Origin: an uncultured Geobacteraceae bacterium
GTDB lineage: Bacteria > Desulfobacterota > Desulfuromonadia > Desulfuromonadales > Geopsychrobacteraceae
Direction: 5' to 3'
DNA length: 47,488 nt
Assembly: GCA_964526315.1 (NCBI GenBank)
Contig: CAZGKZ010000001.1
Span: 1 to 47,488 of the forward strand
Below are positions 20,744-31,293 of the stretch, piece by piece. The translations under genes and the position numbers were made by a program. The notes beneath the pieces are model-generated. The model did no database searches and was not told the origin of the DNA. It worked only from the letters and a program-made list of their open reading frames with translations. Each line of letters opens with the position of its first letter. The first letter of the stretch is position 1.

Positions 20744-21859
20744 ATGATTGCTGTGACCCCTCAACATTTTATGCAATTGGCGCTTGATCAGGCTCGTAAA
20801 GGAGAGGGAAGGACTGCGCCTAATCCCCCTGTCGGGGCGATTATTGTAAAAGACGGAATTATTGTTGGTGAGGGCTTCCATCCTCAAGCCGGTCAACCTC
20901 ATGCAGAAATTTTCGCTTTGCAGCAGGCCGCTTCAAAGGCCCGTGGTGCTGAAATCTATGTCACCTTGGAACCCTGTTCTCACCATGGGAAAACCCCTCC
21001 CTGTGCTGATGCTCTGATTGCCGCAGGGATTAAATCGGTCTATATCGGAACGATTGATCCAAATCCTCTGGTCGCAGGACGTGGTGTTGAAAAACTGAAA
21101 AAGGGGGGAATTAAAGTCCATTGTGGTATTTTAGAACCGGAGTGCAAACGGTTGATTGCTGCTTTTAGTCACCATATTTTAACTGGAACTCCCTTTACTA
21201 TCTACAAATCTGCACTGACTCTTGACGGTAATACTGCAACCTCTACAGGCGATTCGCAGTGGGTTTCGGGAGAAAAAAGCCGCTTGGCAGTTCATCAGTT
21301 GCGCGATCGGGTCGAAGCAATTATGGTGGGTATCAACACGGTATTAAGTGATGATCCATTGCTCAATACCCGCCTTCCTGAAGGTGGTGGTCGTGACCCT
21401 TTGCGGGTCGTGGTGGACAGTCAATTGCGGCTCCCGGTTGATTGCCGGATGTTGAAGCAACAATCGACAGCGAAAACTCTGGTTGCAACAATTTCAACTG
21501 ATCAGGATAGAATTTCAAACCTGCAAGCTGCCGGGGCGGAGGTTGTCACTTTTCCTGCTATTGATGGTAGAGTCTCTCTTGCGGCACTGTGGCAGGAACT
21601 GGGACGGCGCAAAGTGCAGAAACTCCTTCTGGAAGGGGGGGCAGGGTTAGCCGGGGCAGCTCTTGCTGCGGGCTTGATTAATCGGTTAATGCTGTTTGTT
21701 GCACCGAAGCTATTGGGTGGTTCCTCCCCTTTTGGTCTGTTCCCCGGTTCCGGTTGCTCACGGATGTCTGAGGCTATCAACCTGGTGGATATAAGTTACA
21801 AACCAAGTGGAGAAGATCTGCTGATCATAGGAGATATACCGCTATGTTTACCGGATTAA
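20744..21859 (+). CDS. ribD: Bifunctional riboflavin deaminase/reductase RibD
   Basis: PNPPVGA, HAE and TLEPCSHHGKTPPC deaminase motifs; LLLEGG reductase motif. The start is uncertain (20744 or 20753). Confidence 0.95.
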   Translation: MIAVTPQHFMQLALDQARKGEGRTAPNPPVGAIIVKDGIIVGEGFHPQAGQPHAEIFALQQAASKARGAEIYVTLEPCSHHGKTPPCADALIAAGIKSVYIGTIDPNPLVAGRGVEKLKKGGIKVHCGILEPECKRLIAAFSHHILTGTPFTIYKSALTLDGNTATSTGDSQWVSGEKSRLAVHQLRDRVEAIMVGINTVLSDDPLLNTRLPEGGGRDPLRVVVDSQLRLPVDCRMLKQQSTAKTLVATISTDQDRISNLQAAGAEVVTFPAIDGRVSLAALWQELGRRKVQKLLLEGGAGLAGAALAAGLINRLMLFVAPKLLGGSSPFGLFPGSGCSRMSEAINLVDISYKPSGEDLLIIGDIPLCLPD

Positions 21860-22494
21860 TAGAGTCTGTTGGCAAGGTTCAAAGCCTGAAACGGCAGGGC
21901 GAATCGGGACAATTACGGATTGTCAGCAGTCTGGTTGAAGGTGACCTGCAGCTTGGTGAGAGTATTGCGGTCAATGGTGCTTGTTTGACTGTAACGGCCT
22001 GGGATCAGAGCAGCTTTAGTGTGGATATCTCCCCGGAAACTATGAACTGTACCACTTTAGGGATGTTGCGACCCAACCAACAAGTCAACCTTGAGCGTGC
22101 CTTGTGCCTTGCTGATCGTCTGGGCGGTCATCTCGTCAGCGGTCATATTGATTGTATTGCAACAGTTAGGCGGCGTTATCAGGATCAAAATGCGATCCGT
22201 TTTGACTTTGCTGTTCCCCAGAAAGTGATGCGCTATCTAGTGGTGAAGGGTTCTGTCGCCGTTGATGGGATCAGCTTGACGGTTAACCGTGTTGAACACG
22301 ATATGTTTTCAGTTGCAGTTATTCCCCATTCGGTCGAGAAAACCACTCTTAAGCTCTGTCGTGAGGGGTCACAGGTCAATATAGAAACCGATTTGCTGGG
22401 GCGTTATGTTGAGCGTCTGTTGCAGGGACAAAAGAACCCCCAGCGTGAGGAAAATCTCGACATTGACTTTCTTGCTAAAAATGGTTTTTTATGA
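21844..22494 (+). CDS. ribE: Riboflavin synthase (alpha chain)
   Basis: MFTGLIE, SIAVNGACLT, GGHLVSGHID and KGSVAVDGISLT motifs. Confidence 0.96.
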   Translation: MFTGLIESVGKVQSLKRQGESGQLRIVSSLVEGDLQLGESIAVNGACLTVTAWDQSSFSVDISPETMNCTTLGMLRPNQQVNLERALCLADRLGGHLVSGHIDCIATVRRRYQDQNAIRFDFAVPQKVMRYLVVKGSVAVDGISLTVNRVEHDMFSVAVIPHSVEKTTLKLCREGSQVNIETDLLGRYVERLLQGQKNPQREENLDIDFLAKNGFL

Positions 22495-22583
22495 GATAAC
22501 TCGCCCTTGTCGGCTTGTCCTCTTTTATCAGGTCTTATTTCCAGAAGCTTGCTTCGGGGTCGTTCATATAAAGGATTAAATCT

Positions 22584-23789
22584 ATGTCAATTTCAAAAAT
22601 CGAGGCTGCTCTTGATGATATTCGTCATGGTAAAATGGTTATTCTCGTTGATGATGAAGATCGTGAAAATGAGGGGGATCTGGTTGCTGCAGCCGAACTG
22701 GTGACACCTGAAATTATCAATTTTATGGCGACCCAGGGGCGGGGTTTGATTTGTCTCTCTTTAACCGAAGCACGAGCCGACGAGCTGGAATTGCCCTTGA
22801 TGGTCACCGATAATAGCTCTTCTTTTGGTACCGCTTTTACTGTCTCAATTGAAGCTCGTCAAGGGGTCACGACTGGTATCTCCGTTGCTGATCGTGCGCA
22901 TACGATTCAGGTGGCAGTTGCCGATGAGACAACAGCTCGAGATTTAGCACGACCGGGACATGTCTTTCCTCTCCGGGCCCAAAAGGGTGGGGTGATGGTC
23001 AGAACCGGCCAGACTGAAGGGTCTGTTGATCTTGCCCGCCTTGCCGGGCTTAAGCCTGCCGGGGTTATCTGTGAGATCATGAATGCTGATGGTACGATGG
23101 CACGGCGGCCGCAGTTAGAGATTTTTGCTGCAGAACATGATCTGAAAATTATTTCTGTTGCTGATCTGGTTTCTTACCGGATGCGTAAAGAGTTGTTGGT
23201 TCGGCGGGCAGCAGAAACGACTATTCCCACCCCGTTTGGCGGGACTTTCAACGCTATCGTCTATGAAAATGATGTTGACCATGCACAACATATGGCATTA
23301 ATTAAAGGTGAAATAAAATCAGACGAGCCGGTTCTGGTGCGGGTTCATTCTGAGTGTTTGACCGGAGATGTTTTCGGCTCACAACGCTGTGATTGTGGAG
23401 AACAGCTTCACGCTGCGATGGCACAGATAGAGAAGGAAGGGGCGGGCGTTATTCTCTATATGCGTCAGGAAGGTCGCGGTATTGGCCTGGTGAACAAGAT
23501 CAAGGCTTATGCTCTTCAAGATCAGGGGCAGGATACGGTAGAAGCAAATCACTCCCTCGGTTTCAAGGATGATTTGCGCGATTATGGAATCGGTGCGCAG
23601 ATATTGTCGGACCTTGGGGTGCGAAAATTACGTTTAATGACCAATAACCCAAAAAAGATTGTCGGGCTTGAAGGCTATGGTTTGGAAATTGTTGAGCGGG
23701 TCCCTATTGAGGTGGCAGCGCATCAGGATAATCTTAAATATTTAAAAACTAAGCGGGAAAAAATGGGGCATTTACTGGAAAATCTCTAG
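22584..23789 (+). CDS. ribBA: Bifunctional DHBP synthase / GTP cyclohydrolase II
   Basis: [37 protein letters not shown] and QEGRGIG motifs. Confidence 0.97.
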   Translation: MSISKIEAALDDIRHGKMVILVDDEDRENEGDLVAAAELVTPEIINFMATQGRGLICLSLTEARADELELPLMVTDNSSSFGTAFTVSIEARQGVTTGISVADRAHTIQVAVADETTARDLARPGHVFPLRAQKGGVMVRTGQTEGSVDLARLAGLKPAGVICEIMNADGTMARRPQLEIFAAEHDLKIISVADLVSYRMRKELLVRRAAETTIPTPFGGTFNAIVYENDVDHAQHMALIKGEIKSDEPVLVRVHSECLTGDVFGSQRCDCGEQLHAAMAQIEKEGAGVILYMRQEGRGIGLVNKIKAYALQDQGQDTVEANHSLGFKDDLRDYGIGAQILSDLGVRKLRLMTNNPKKIVGLEGYGLEIVERVPIEVAAHQDNLKYLKTKREKMGHLLENL

Positions 23790-23841
23790 GAGCCTGTCGG
23801 GCTTTGTAGATCGCAACGAGAAACCGCGCAGGAGGTCATTT

Positions 23842-24306
23842 ATGTCAAAAATTATTGAAGGAACACTTGAGGCTAAGAATTTTCGTTTTGGGATTATCGT
23901 CAGCCGTTTTAACAGTTTTATCTCCGATCGATTACTTGAAGGAGCACTTGATACGTTGACTCGTCATGGGGCAACCAATGAGCAAATAACTGTGGTTAAG
24001 GCACCTGGTGCTTTTGAGCTACCGTTAGTTGCTAGTAAAATGGCCAATTCAGATAAGTATGACGCCCTGATCTGTCTGGGAGCTGTGATTCGTGGTGGTA
24101 CTCCCCATTTTGAATATGTCAGCTCTGAAATGACCAAGGGGATTGCTTCGGTGTCATTGCAATCAGGTCTGCCAATCGCTTTTGGTGTCTTGACTACAGA
24201 TTCCGTTGAACAAGCCATAGAGCGTGCTGGAACCAAAGCCGGGAATAAAGGTGTCGAAGCAGCGATGAGTGCCATTGAGATGGTGAATTTGTTGGGGGCT
24301 ATTTAG
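23842..24306 (+). CDS. ribH: 6,7-dimethyl-8-ribityllumazine synthase
   Basis: [23 protein letters not shown] and GNKG motifs. Confidence 0.97.
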   Translation: MSKIIEGTLEAKNFRFGIIVSRFNSFISDRLLEGALDTLTRHGATNEQITVVKAPGAFELPLVASKMANSDKYDALICLGAVIRGGTPHFEYVSSEMTKGIASVSLQSGLPIAFGVLTTDSVEQAIERAGTKAGNKGVEAAMSAIEMVNLLGAI

Positions 24307-24310
24307 TCAC

Positions 24311-24784
24311 ATGTCAAATAACCGCCGTGTCGGACGTGAATATGCATTGAAGATGTTATTTGCGTTGCATCTCAGTAAAGATCAGGACTCTCCAGAGTCA
24401 CTTCTGTCAAATTTTTGGGACAATTTTCGGTTTGCTGACGATGTCCTGGGTGAGCCTTTAACTGAAGTTGATATTCCGTTGGCAACATCTTCCCGACTAT
24501 TTGCGGACTCCATCGTTAAAGGGGTTGTTGAATACCGCTCAGTGATTGATAAAAAAATCTCGGAGGTTGCTAAAAATTGGTCGTTGGAACGGATGACTCC
24601 TGTCGATCTGTCAATATTGCGAATTGGTGTTTATGAGCTACTCTACCGACCCGAAATTCCAGATCCGGTCGTGATTGATGAAGCGATAGAAATTGCCAAG
24701 CGCTATGGGACAAAAGATTCTCCTGCTTTTATTAATGGACTTCTTGATAAAATTGCTAAAAACCCTGCGAGTGCAACCGTTTAA
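24311..24784 (+). CDS. nusB: Transcription antitermination factor NusB
   Basis: WSLERM..VDLSILR, VVIDEAIEIAKRYG and FINGLLD motifs. Confidence 0.95.
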   Translation: MSNNRRVGREYALKMLFALHLSKDQDSPESLLSNFWDNFRFADDVLGEPLTEVDIPLATSSRLFADSIVKGVVEYRSVIDKKISEVAKNWSLERMTPVDLSILRIGVYELLYRPEIPDPVVIDEAIEIAKRYGTKDSPAFINGLLDKIAKNPASATV

Positions 24785-24807
24785 TATTTTTATGAATTGG
24801 AATTGTT

Positions 24808-26118
24808 ATGCGTGCAATTAAATTTGGTTTGCTTGGATTCGGTACTATTGGTACTGGAGTTGTCCGTAACATTCAGCAAAATGGTGCAATAATCGAAAAG
24901 CGGCTCGGTCGTAAGTTGGAATTAGTCAAAATTGCCGATCTTGATATTGAGACTGATCGCGGGGTTGAACTGGAGCCGGGGATTCTGAGTGCTGCGGTGG
25001 AAGATGTCATCAGTAACCCTGAAATTGATATTGTTATTGAACTGATCGGTGGTTATGAACCGGCAAAAAGTTTTATTCTTAAGGCGATTGCCAATGGTAA
25101 GCATATCGTCACTGCCAATAAAGCGTTGATGGCAGTCCATGGTCAGGAAATTATTGCCGCGGCTGATCAGCAGGGAGTGTCGGTCCTTTTTGAAGCCGCT
25201 GTCGGTGGTGGAATCCCAATTATTTCAGCAATCAAAGAAAATCTTTGTAGTAATGAATTTAGTTCGGTTCTTGGCATCCTCAATGGAACCTGTAATTTTA
25301 TCTTAACTAAAATGACCGAGGAAGGCAGTGATTTTGCCCCGGTGCTGCAGGAGGCACAGGAACTTGGTTACGCTGAGGCAGATCCAACCTTTGACATTGA
25401 GGGTATTGACACAGCGCATAAGATCTCTCTGTTGTCGGCACTCTGTTTTGGAACCACAGTCGACTTTGAACAGGTCTATACCGAGGGGATCAGCAATATC
25501 ACTGCAACAGATATCCAATTTGCAGAACAGATGGGATACAAAATAAAATTGCTCGCCATCGGTAAAAACCTTGGCGATGAAATTGAGGTTCGGGTCCATC
25601 CAACAATGTTACCTGGGTCTTATCAGCTTGCCGAAATTAATGGTGTTTTTAATGCGGTTCGTTTGAACGGCGACTTTGTTGGTCCAACCTTGCTCTATGG
25701 GAGTGGTGCCGGGATGGATGCAACAGCGAGTGCGGTGATGGGTGATGTGATGGCCATCAGCAGAGATATTCTCTCCGGGGCGCGCTCACGCATCCCAATT
25801 ATGGGTTATGCTGCAGATCAAATAAAGTCTTTACCAATTAAGGCAATGAGTGAAATTATCAGTCATTATTACCTCCGTTTTACCACCATAGATCAACCCG
25901 GAGTATTGGCAAAAATAGCTGGGTGTCTGGGCCGGCATAACATCAGTATCCAGTCAATGATTCAGCCGGAATGTCATACCGCTGATTCCATCCCGATTGT
26001 TCTGATGACTCATGCGGCCAAAGAGGCTGATGTCGCAACGGCTTTAACCGAAATTGAAACTCTGGATATTATTTCTCAGCCCACTTGTCTGATTCGTGTT
26101 GAGCACGATTTGGATTGA
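24808..26118 (+). CDS. hom: Homoserine dehydrogenase with C-terminal ACT domain
   Basis: GFGTIG, VTANKA, EAAVGGGIP, GYAEADPTFD and DQPGVLA motifs. Confidence 0.96.
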   Translation: MRAIKFGLLGFGTIGTGVVRNIQQNGAIIEKRLGRKLELVKIADLDIETDRGVELEPGILSAAVEDVISNPEIDIVIELIGGYEPAKSFILKAIANGKHIVTANKALMAVHGQEIIAAADQQGVSVLFEAAVGGGIPIISAIKENLCSNEFSSVLGILNGTCNFILTKMTEEGSDFAPVLQEAQELGYAEADPTFDIEGIDTAHKISLLSALCFGTTVDFEQVYTEGISNITATDIQFAEQMGYKIKLLAIGKNLGDEIEVRVHPTMLPGSYQLAEINGVFNAVRLNGDFVGPTLLYGSGAGMDATASAVMGDVMAISRDILSGARSRIPIMGYAADQIKSLPIKAMSEIISHYYLRFTTIDQPGVLAKIAGCLGRHNISIQSMIQPECHTADSIPIVLMTHAAKEADVATALTEIETLDIISQPTCLIRVEHDLD

Positions 26119-26181
26119 GACTTCTGGTTTAACCGATGTTTGATCTGATCCCCAATACGATTAAGAAAGTCAGGCCAAATA

Positions 26182-28044
26182 TCAGTTTGTCGAAATTTCT
26201 GGCTCGACAATGTAGCGTTTAATCTTGCGAGTCGTTGTCTTAGGAAACTCATCTTCTCTCAGTGTAAATTTTTTGACCCGTTTGTAGTCAGCCAGTTCTT
26301 TGCTCCAAGTGAGGACTTCCTTGCGGATTAGAACCTCAATTTCTTCTGCTGATATTGGTTTGTCATCTTGTTCCTTATTGAGGGCAAAGAGTGTTTCTTC
26401 ATCGGGGAAGATAACCGCATAGACCTCCTCTGCTGTTGCGCCAACCCTATGACCATAGACCATCACTTCTGCAATGTATGGACTCTTAAGTAGCTGATTC
26501 TCTATCTCCTCGGGATAAACATTTTTGCCATTTGGTGTCACAATTAAGTTTTTAACCCGGCCACAAATGGAGAGCATGTTGTCTCCATCAATATGACCCA
26601 GATCACCGGTCCGATACCAGCCATCATGGAGTGCTTCAGCTGTAGCTATGTCGTTGTTATAGTAACCAAGCATAACGTTTGGTCCTTTGACTTTAATTTC
26701 CCCATCTCCATCACTATTTGGGTTGTCAATTGAAACTTCAATCCCATCTAAAACCTCTCCTGTGGTTCCAGGTTTGCTCTTAAAGGGACTTTCTGCGGAG
26801 ATAATAGGGGATGTTTCGGTAATCCCATAACCCTGCAGTAAATTCAAACCAAGGTTGTGAAATCCTTCTGCAATAGCGGGATCAAGGGCAGCACCACCGC
26901 TGACAAAAGTAGTTCTTTCCCCAAGGGACTGTTTTACTTTTTTTGCGACGATATTTCTGGTCAGTGGGTATTTATAAAGGAATCTGGATAGGTTTTTAGA
27001 GTTGATATTTCTCATGATTCGATCAAGAAGCAGGCGGTAAACGGCAGGAACCCCAATCAAAAAGGTTGGTTTGATCTCATTCAGATTGTCACCAAGTTTT
27101 TTAATCGATTCAGCAAAGCTGACCTGCCCTCCCAAGGATAGGGGTAATAAAACCCCACAGACTTGTTCAAAAACATGGTTGATCGGTAAAAAAGAGAGTG
27201 TTTGTATTGAACTGTCAAGCTGAAAACGTTGGCTGGCAGCTTGAATATTGCTGACAATATTTCGGTGGCTGAGCATTGCTCCCTTCGACCGGCCTGTTGT
27301 CCCTGAAGTGTAGAGAATAACTGCTCTGTCTTCAGGTTGATTATCTGCCGGGGGTAGGGGAGGTGAATTGAAAATATCTTTATAATAGAAAAGGCGGTTT
27401 TCCTTCAGTAGGCGGTTTCGGGGGATGACTGATTCGGAGAGAAAATTAATATTTTTCTTTTTCTTGCCTGGTTCTCCTTCCTGCTGGGTCAAACCTGAAT
27501 AAGCTTGAACGGCCGCTTCTTCGATTGGTTTACACCGTTCCGGTGGAATCTCTAAATCTTTGATGAGTTCCTTCCATAGTGCGGTGAGGCTCCCCATTGC
27601 ATTTTCAGCGTCACCCTGATCAGTGAGATCTGCAAGAGGCGTATCAAGTAAAATAAACTGTTTCAGTTGGGGAAGGTCATCAACTACGTCAAGAAGGGTG
27701 TCGAATTGTGGTTGTCCGATAAAGACCGCATCTGCATCAGAATCATTCAGAATGTGTCTGAGTTCTGTTGCTTTTAATTCTTTATCAATCGGGATAGCAA
27801 TACATCCAGCTCTCAATATTGCAAGGTATGCGACAACCCAACGGGGGGAAGATGCTCCCAGAAGGGCAATGTGGGACTTTTTTTTGATTTCCAGCTGTGA
27901 AATCCCTGCAGCCAATTTTTCGACAGAATCCCAAAGCTTATGATAGGTCAGGGGTTTCCATTGTCCTTTGTATTTATATTGAAGAGCAACTTTATCCGTG
28001 TGTTGTAGACAGCTGGCCTGGATTAACTGGTCAATTGTTTGCAC
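26182..28044 (-). CDS. Long-chain fatty acid--CoA ligase (AMP-binding family)
   Basis: YTSGTTGRSKG, GYGITETSP, GWYRTGDLG and GKNVYPEEIE motifs. Confidence 0.9.
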   Translation of the reverse strand: MQTIDQLIQASCLQHTDKVALQYKYKGQWKPLTYHKLWDSVEKLAAGISQLEIKKKSHIALLGASSPRWVVAYLAILRAGCIAIPIDKELKATELRHILNDSDADAVFIGQPQFDTLLDVVDDLPQLKQFILLDTPLADLTDQGDAENAMGSLTALWKELIKDLEIPPERCKPIEEAAVQAYSGLTQQEGEPGKKKKNINFLSESVIPRNRLLKENRLFYYKDIFNSPPLPPADNQPEDRAVILYTSGTTGRSKGAMLSHRNIVSNIQAASQRFQLDSSIQTLSFLPINHVFEQVCGVLLPLSLGGQVSFAESIKKLGDNLNEIKPTFLIGVPAVYRLLLDRIMRNINSKNLSRFLYKYPLTRNIVAKKVKQSLGERTTFVSGGAALDPAIAEGFHNLGLNLLQGYGITETSPIISAESPFKSKPGTTGEVLDGIEVSIDNPNSDGDGEIKVKGPNVMLGYYNNDIATAEALHDGWYRTGDLGHIDGDNMLSICGRVKNLIVTPNGKNVYPEEIENQLLKSPYIAEVMVYGHRVGATAEEVYAVIFPDEETLFALNKEQDDKPISAEEIEVLIRKEVLTWSKELADYKRVKKFTLREDEFPKTTTRKIKRYIVEPEISTN

Positions 28045-28245
28045 TTTTTGCGCTCCTTATCCGTTATTGATAGCTTTATTTGATTGAAATATCGAAAAGT
28101 TATATTAGTCTTGTCTGTATTATCAGGCAAGCTTGAAAAAAAACGACCCTTGGGTTAGGGTAGAAATGTTAAAAGTACAGTAAAATTGACGAAATAGCTT
28201 GACAGTATCAATGTTGCTCTGATAAAAGAACGCCGCGGTTGTTGC

Positions 28246-28320
28246 AGGCACGTAGCTCAGTGGGAGAGCACTTCCCTGACACGGAAGGGGTCGGCGGTTC
28301 AATCCCGCCCGTGCCTACCA
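28246..28320 (+). tRNA. tRNA-Val(GAC)
   Basis: AGGCACG/CGTGCCT acceptor stem, anticodon arm CTTCC-ctGACac-GGAAG, GTTCAAT loop and encoded CCA. Confidence 0.97.
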
Positions 28321-28356
28321 TAATCTTTAGTATTTTAATTCGACCGTACTCACAAT

Positions 28357-28382
28357 GGGGCATCTGTAAGATGCCTCTTTTT
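28357..28382 (+). terminator. Intrinsic terminator after tRNA-Val
   Basis: GGGGCATCT-gta-AGATGCCTC followed by a T-run. Confidence 0.65.
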
Positions 28383-28426
28383 GTTTTACTCAATTTAGTT
28401 GTTGAGCAGGAACTTGGGGATATCAC

Positions 28427-30343
28427 ATGGCATTACTACATATTGAACTTCCTGACGGATCGATAAAAGAGGTTGAGTCTGGCACGACTCCCTACGATAT
28501 CGCTCTCACTATTGGTGAAGGATTGGCCCGCCAATCTGTTGCCGCCCGTTTTGCTGGTGAGTTGATTGATATAACCAAACCGTTGGAGCAGTCAGGAACG
28601 TTGGCATTGATTACCCAGAATTCTGCGGAAGCTCTGGAAATTATTCGCCATTCCTCTGCCCATTTAATGGCACAGGCGGTCAAAGAGCTCTACGGTAAAG
28701 AAGTGCAGGTTACTATCGGTCCGGCGATTAAGGATGGTTTTTACTACGATTTTTATAGTGAAAATAAAAAGTTTGTACCAGAAGATTTTCCTGTCATAGA
28801 AGCAAAGATGGCGGAACTGGCGAAGGCCAATCTACCTGTCGTTCGCGAAGAGATGTCCAGTGCTGATGCCGTGGAATTATTTCGCGGTATGGGGGAAGAT
28901 TATAAGGTTGAACTTATCGAAGACCTTGGAGTGGAAAGTGTTTCTGTTTATCGGCAGGGAGACTTTGTCGACCTTTGCCGAGGACCTCATGTCCCCCGGA
29001 CCGGGATGCTCAAGGTTTTTAAATTGACCAGTCTTGCCGGTGCTTACTGGCGAGGCGATGAAAACAACGCAATGTTGCAACGGATTTATGCAACGGCTTT
29101 TTTGAATAAGAAAGAGTTGAAAGCACATCTTCATCGTCTTGAAGAGGCACGTAAGCGGGATCATCGTAAATTAGGTCGTGAGCTAGATCTCTTCTCTTTC
29201 AGTGAAGAAGCAGGTGCCGGACTGGTGCTTTGGCATCCGAAAGGGGCCATGCTCAGAACAATTATTGAAGATTTTGAGCGTAAAGAGCATCTGAAGCGTG
29301 GTTATGAACTGGTTGTTGGACCACAGATTCTCAAGACTGACCTGTGGAAGATGTCCGGTCACTATGATAATTATCGTGAGAATATGTATTTCACTGAGGT
29401 TGACGAGCAGGGGTACGGCATCAAGCCGATGAACTGTTTGGCCCACATGTTGATTTACAAATCGAAGCCCCGTTCTTACCGTAATTTGCCGATCCGTTAT
29501 TTTGAGCTGGGGAACGTTTACCGGCATGAGAAGTCCGGGGTTCTCCACGGCCTGTTGCGGGTGCGTGGCTTTACTCAGGATGATGCCCACATTATCTGCC
29601 GTCCAGATCAGATTGATGCTGAAGTCAAAGGGGTTATGAAATTCGTCCAGGATGTCGCGGGCATTTTTGGTTTTGAATATGTGATGGAGCTATCGACTCG
29701 CCCTGAGAAATCGATCGGTACTGATGCTGATTGGGAGCAGGCAACTAATGCGCTACGTAGTGCTCTGGAAGATAGTGGTCAACCGTTTGAACTCAATGAA
29801 GGGGATGGTGCTTTTTACGGTCCGAAGATCGATGTTAAACTCAAGGACGCGCTTGACAGGGAGTGGCAGTGTGCTACAATCCAGTGCGATTTTACCCTGC
29901 CGGAGCGCTTTGATCTGACTTATGTCGGGTCTGATGGCGAAAAACATCGTCCAGTTATGTTGCACCGGGTCATTGTCGGTTCGATAGAGCGTTTTATCGG
30001 GGTATTAATTGAACATTATGCAGGAAGTTTCCCGCTCTGGCTTTCGCCGGTTCAGGCGATTGTTTTGAATGTTACTGACAATCAGGCTGCTTATGCACAA
30101 CAAGCGTTTGAACAGCTGCGCAATGCTGGTGTCAGGGTCGAGCTTGATCTGCGCAATGAAAAACTGGGTTTTAAAATTCGTGAAGCACAAATGGCCAAGA
30201 TTCCTTATATGTTGGTTATTGGTGACCGGGAGATGGAAACTCAGACAGTTGCTCCCCGTTTTAGGGATGGAAAAAGTTTGGATGCAATGAGCATTTCTGA
30301 TTTTGTGAGTTTGGTTCAAACTGAAGCAGCTGCCTATAAATAA
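28427..30343 (+). CDS. thrS: Threonine--tRNA ligase
   Basis: N-terminal TGS domain, [29 protein letters not shown] and QCATIQCDF motifs. Confidence 0.98.
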   Translation: MALLHIELPDGSIKEVESGTTPYDIALTIGEGLARQSVAARFAGELIDITKPLEQSGTLALITQNSAEALEIIRHSSAHLMAQAVKELYGKEVQVTIGPAIKDGFYYDFYSENKKFVPEDFPVIEAKMAELAKANLPVVREEMSSADAVELFRGMGEDYKVELIEDLGVESVSVYRQGDFVDLCRGPHVPRTGMLKVFKLTSLAGAYWRGDENNAMLQRIYATAFLNKKELKAHLHRLEEARKRDHRKLGRELDLFSFSEEAGAGLVLWHPKGAMLRTIIEDFERKEHLKRGYELVVGPQILKTDLWKMSGHYDNYRENMYFTEVDEQGYGIKPMNCLAHMLIYKSKPRSYRNLPIRYFELGNVYRHEKSGVLHGLLRVRGFTQDDAHIICRPDQIDAEVKGVMKFVQDVAGIFGFEYVMELSTRPEKSIGTDADWEQATNALRSALEDSGQPFELNEGDGAFYGPKIDVKLKDALDREWQCATIQCDFTLPERFDLTYVGSDGEKHRPVMLHRVIVGSIERFIGVLIEHYAGSFPLWLSPVQAIVLNVTDNQAAYAQQAFEQLRNAGVRVELDLRNEKLGFKIREAQMAKIPYMLVIGDREMETQTVAPRFRDGKSLDAMSISDFVSLVQTEAAAYK

Positions 30344-30424
30344 TAGAGTTAATGTAACGGTTCAGAGTGAATCTTTGCGTTGTTTAGTTTTATCCTTTTT
30401 AAATGAGAATAGAGGAGTGAGGTC

Positions 30425-30937
30425 ATAGCTAAAGAAGCGAATATTAATGAGGCCATTAGTGCTCGTCAGGTACGGGTTATTGATGATGAAGGCGGCCAGT
30501 TGGGGATTCTGAGTAGAGAGCAGGCGTTGGCTCTTGCTGATGAACAGGCTCTTGATTTGGTTGAGGTTTCACCACAGGCTGATCCACCAGTTTGCCGGAT
30601 TATGGACTACGGTAAATATAAGTACCAGCAGGCCAAGCGTGCTTCTGAAGCCAGGAAAAAACAGGTTAAAGTTGAAATTAAGGAAGTCAAGATGCGTCCT
30701 AAGACCGACGATCATGATTTCCAGTTTAAAATAAAGCATGCCCGCCGTTTTCTTGAAGAGGGAAACAAGGTCAAGATGACAATTATGTTCCGGGGCCGGG
30801 AAAATGCCCACCCGGATCAGGGGATGAAACAGCTTAAGAAGGCGGTTGAAGCTTTAAAGGATATTGGTCAGGTAGAATCCCATCCAAGTAAAATGGGGCG
30901 CTTTATGACTATGATGATTGGTCCACTGAAGAAATAA
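30425..30937 (+). CDS. infC: Translation initiation factor IF-3 (non-canonical ATA start)
   Basis: The frame extends upstream of TTG 30500 as (I)AKEANINEAISARQVRVID, the IF3 N-domain. GAGGAG lies 7 nt before ATA 30425, and there is an in-frame TAG at 30410. Confidence 0.93.
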   Translation: MAKEANINEAISARQVRVIDDEGGQLGILSREQALALADEQALDLVEVSPQADPPVCRIMDYGKYKYQQAKRASEARKKQVKVEIKEVKMRPKTDDHDFQFKIKHARRFLEEGNKVKMTIMFRGRENAHPDQGMKQLKKAVEALKDIGQVESHPSKMGRFMTMMIGPLKK

Positions 30938-30984
30938 ATTAAATATCCAAAAACAGAACAATGGAAAAGTAACAGGAGAGACAA

Positions 30985-31182
30985 ATGCCTAAAATTAAGA
31001 CTAACCGTGGTGCCGCGAAGCGTTTTCGTAAGACCGGTACCGGAAAAATTCGTCGGAATAAAGCTTACACCAGCCATATTTTAACCAAGAAAACAACCAA
31101 GCGTAAACGTTCTTTGCGCCAATCTATCATTGTTTCTAAGGCTGATACGAGTAACGTTTCTAAATTAGTTCCGTATTTGTAG
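30985..31182 (+). CDS. rpmI: 50S ribosomal protein L35
   Basis: [14 protein letters not shown]...[12 protein letters not shown]. Confidence 0.98.
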   Translation: MPKIKTNRGAAKRFRKTGTGKIRRNKAYTSHILTKKTTKRKRSLRQSIIVSKADTSNVSKLVPYL

Positions 31183-31189
31183 ATCACTC

Positions 31190-31270
31190 TACTGCCCTTT
31201 GGCAGTAAGGTTGTGAACTGTGGGGATAATCTCCCCCTGCAGATCCTGCCACGGCAGATGCCGAAAAACT
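31190..31270 (+). ncRNA. Candidate L20 ribosomal-protein leader RNA
   Basis: Three hairpins (31190-31207, 31218-31242, 31246-31257). TAAGGT (31206) and GCCGAA (31260) resemble the two strands of the 23S rRNA H40/H41 L20-binding site. Lies directly upstream of rplT. Confidence 0.6.
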
Positions 31271-31293
31271 ATTCATAAGAAGGAGCAAGAGAG

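Noticed and set aside
22495-22583. Possible FMN riboswitch or ORF 22507..22704 in the rib cluster
   Set aside because: No RFN consensus is seen, the spacer is too short, and the ORF overlaps ribBA out of frame.
28208-28466. ORFs 28208..28426 (-) and 28239..28466 (+)
   Set aside because: They are translations of tRNA-Val and its flanks.
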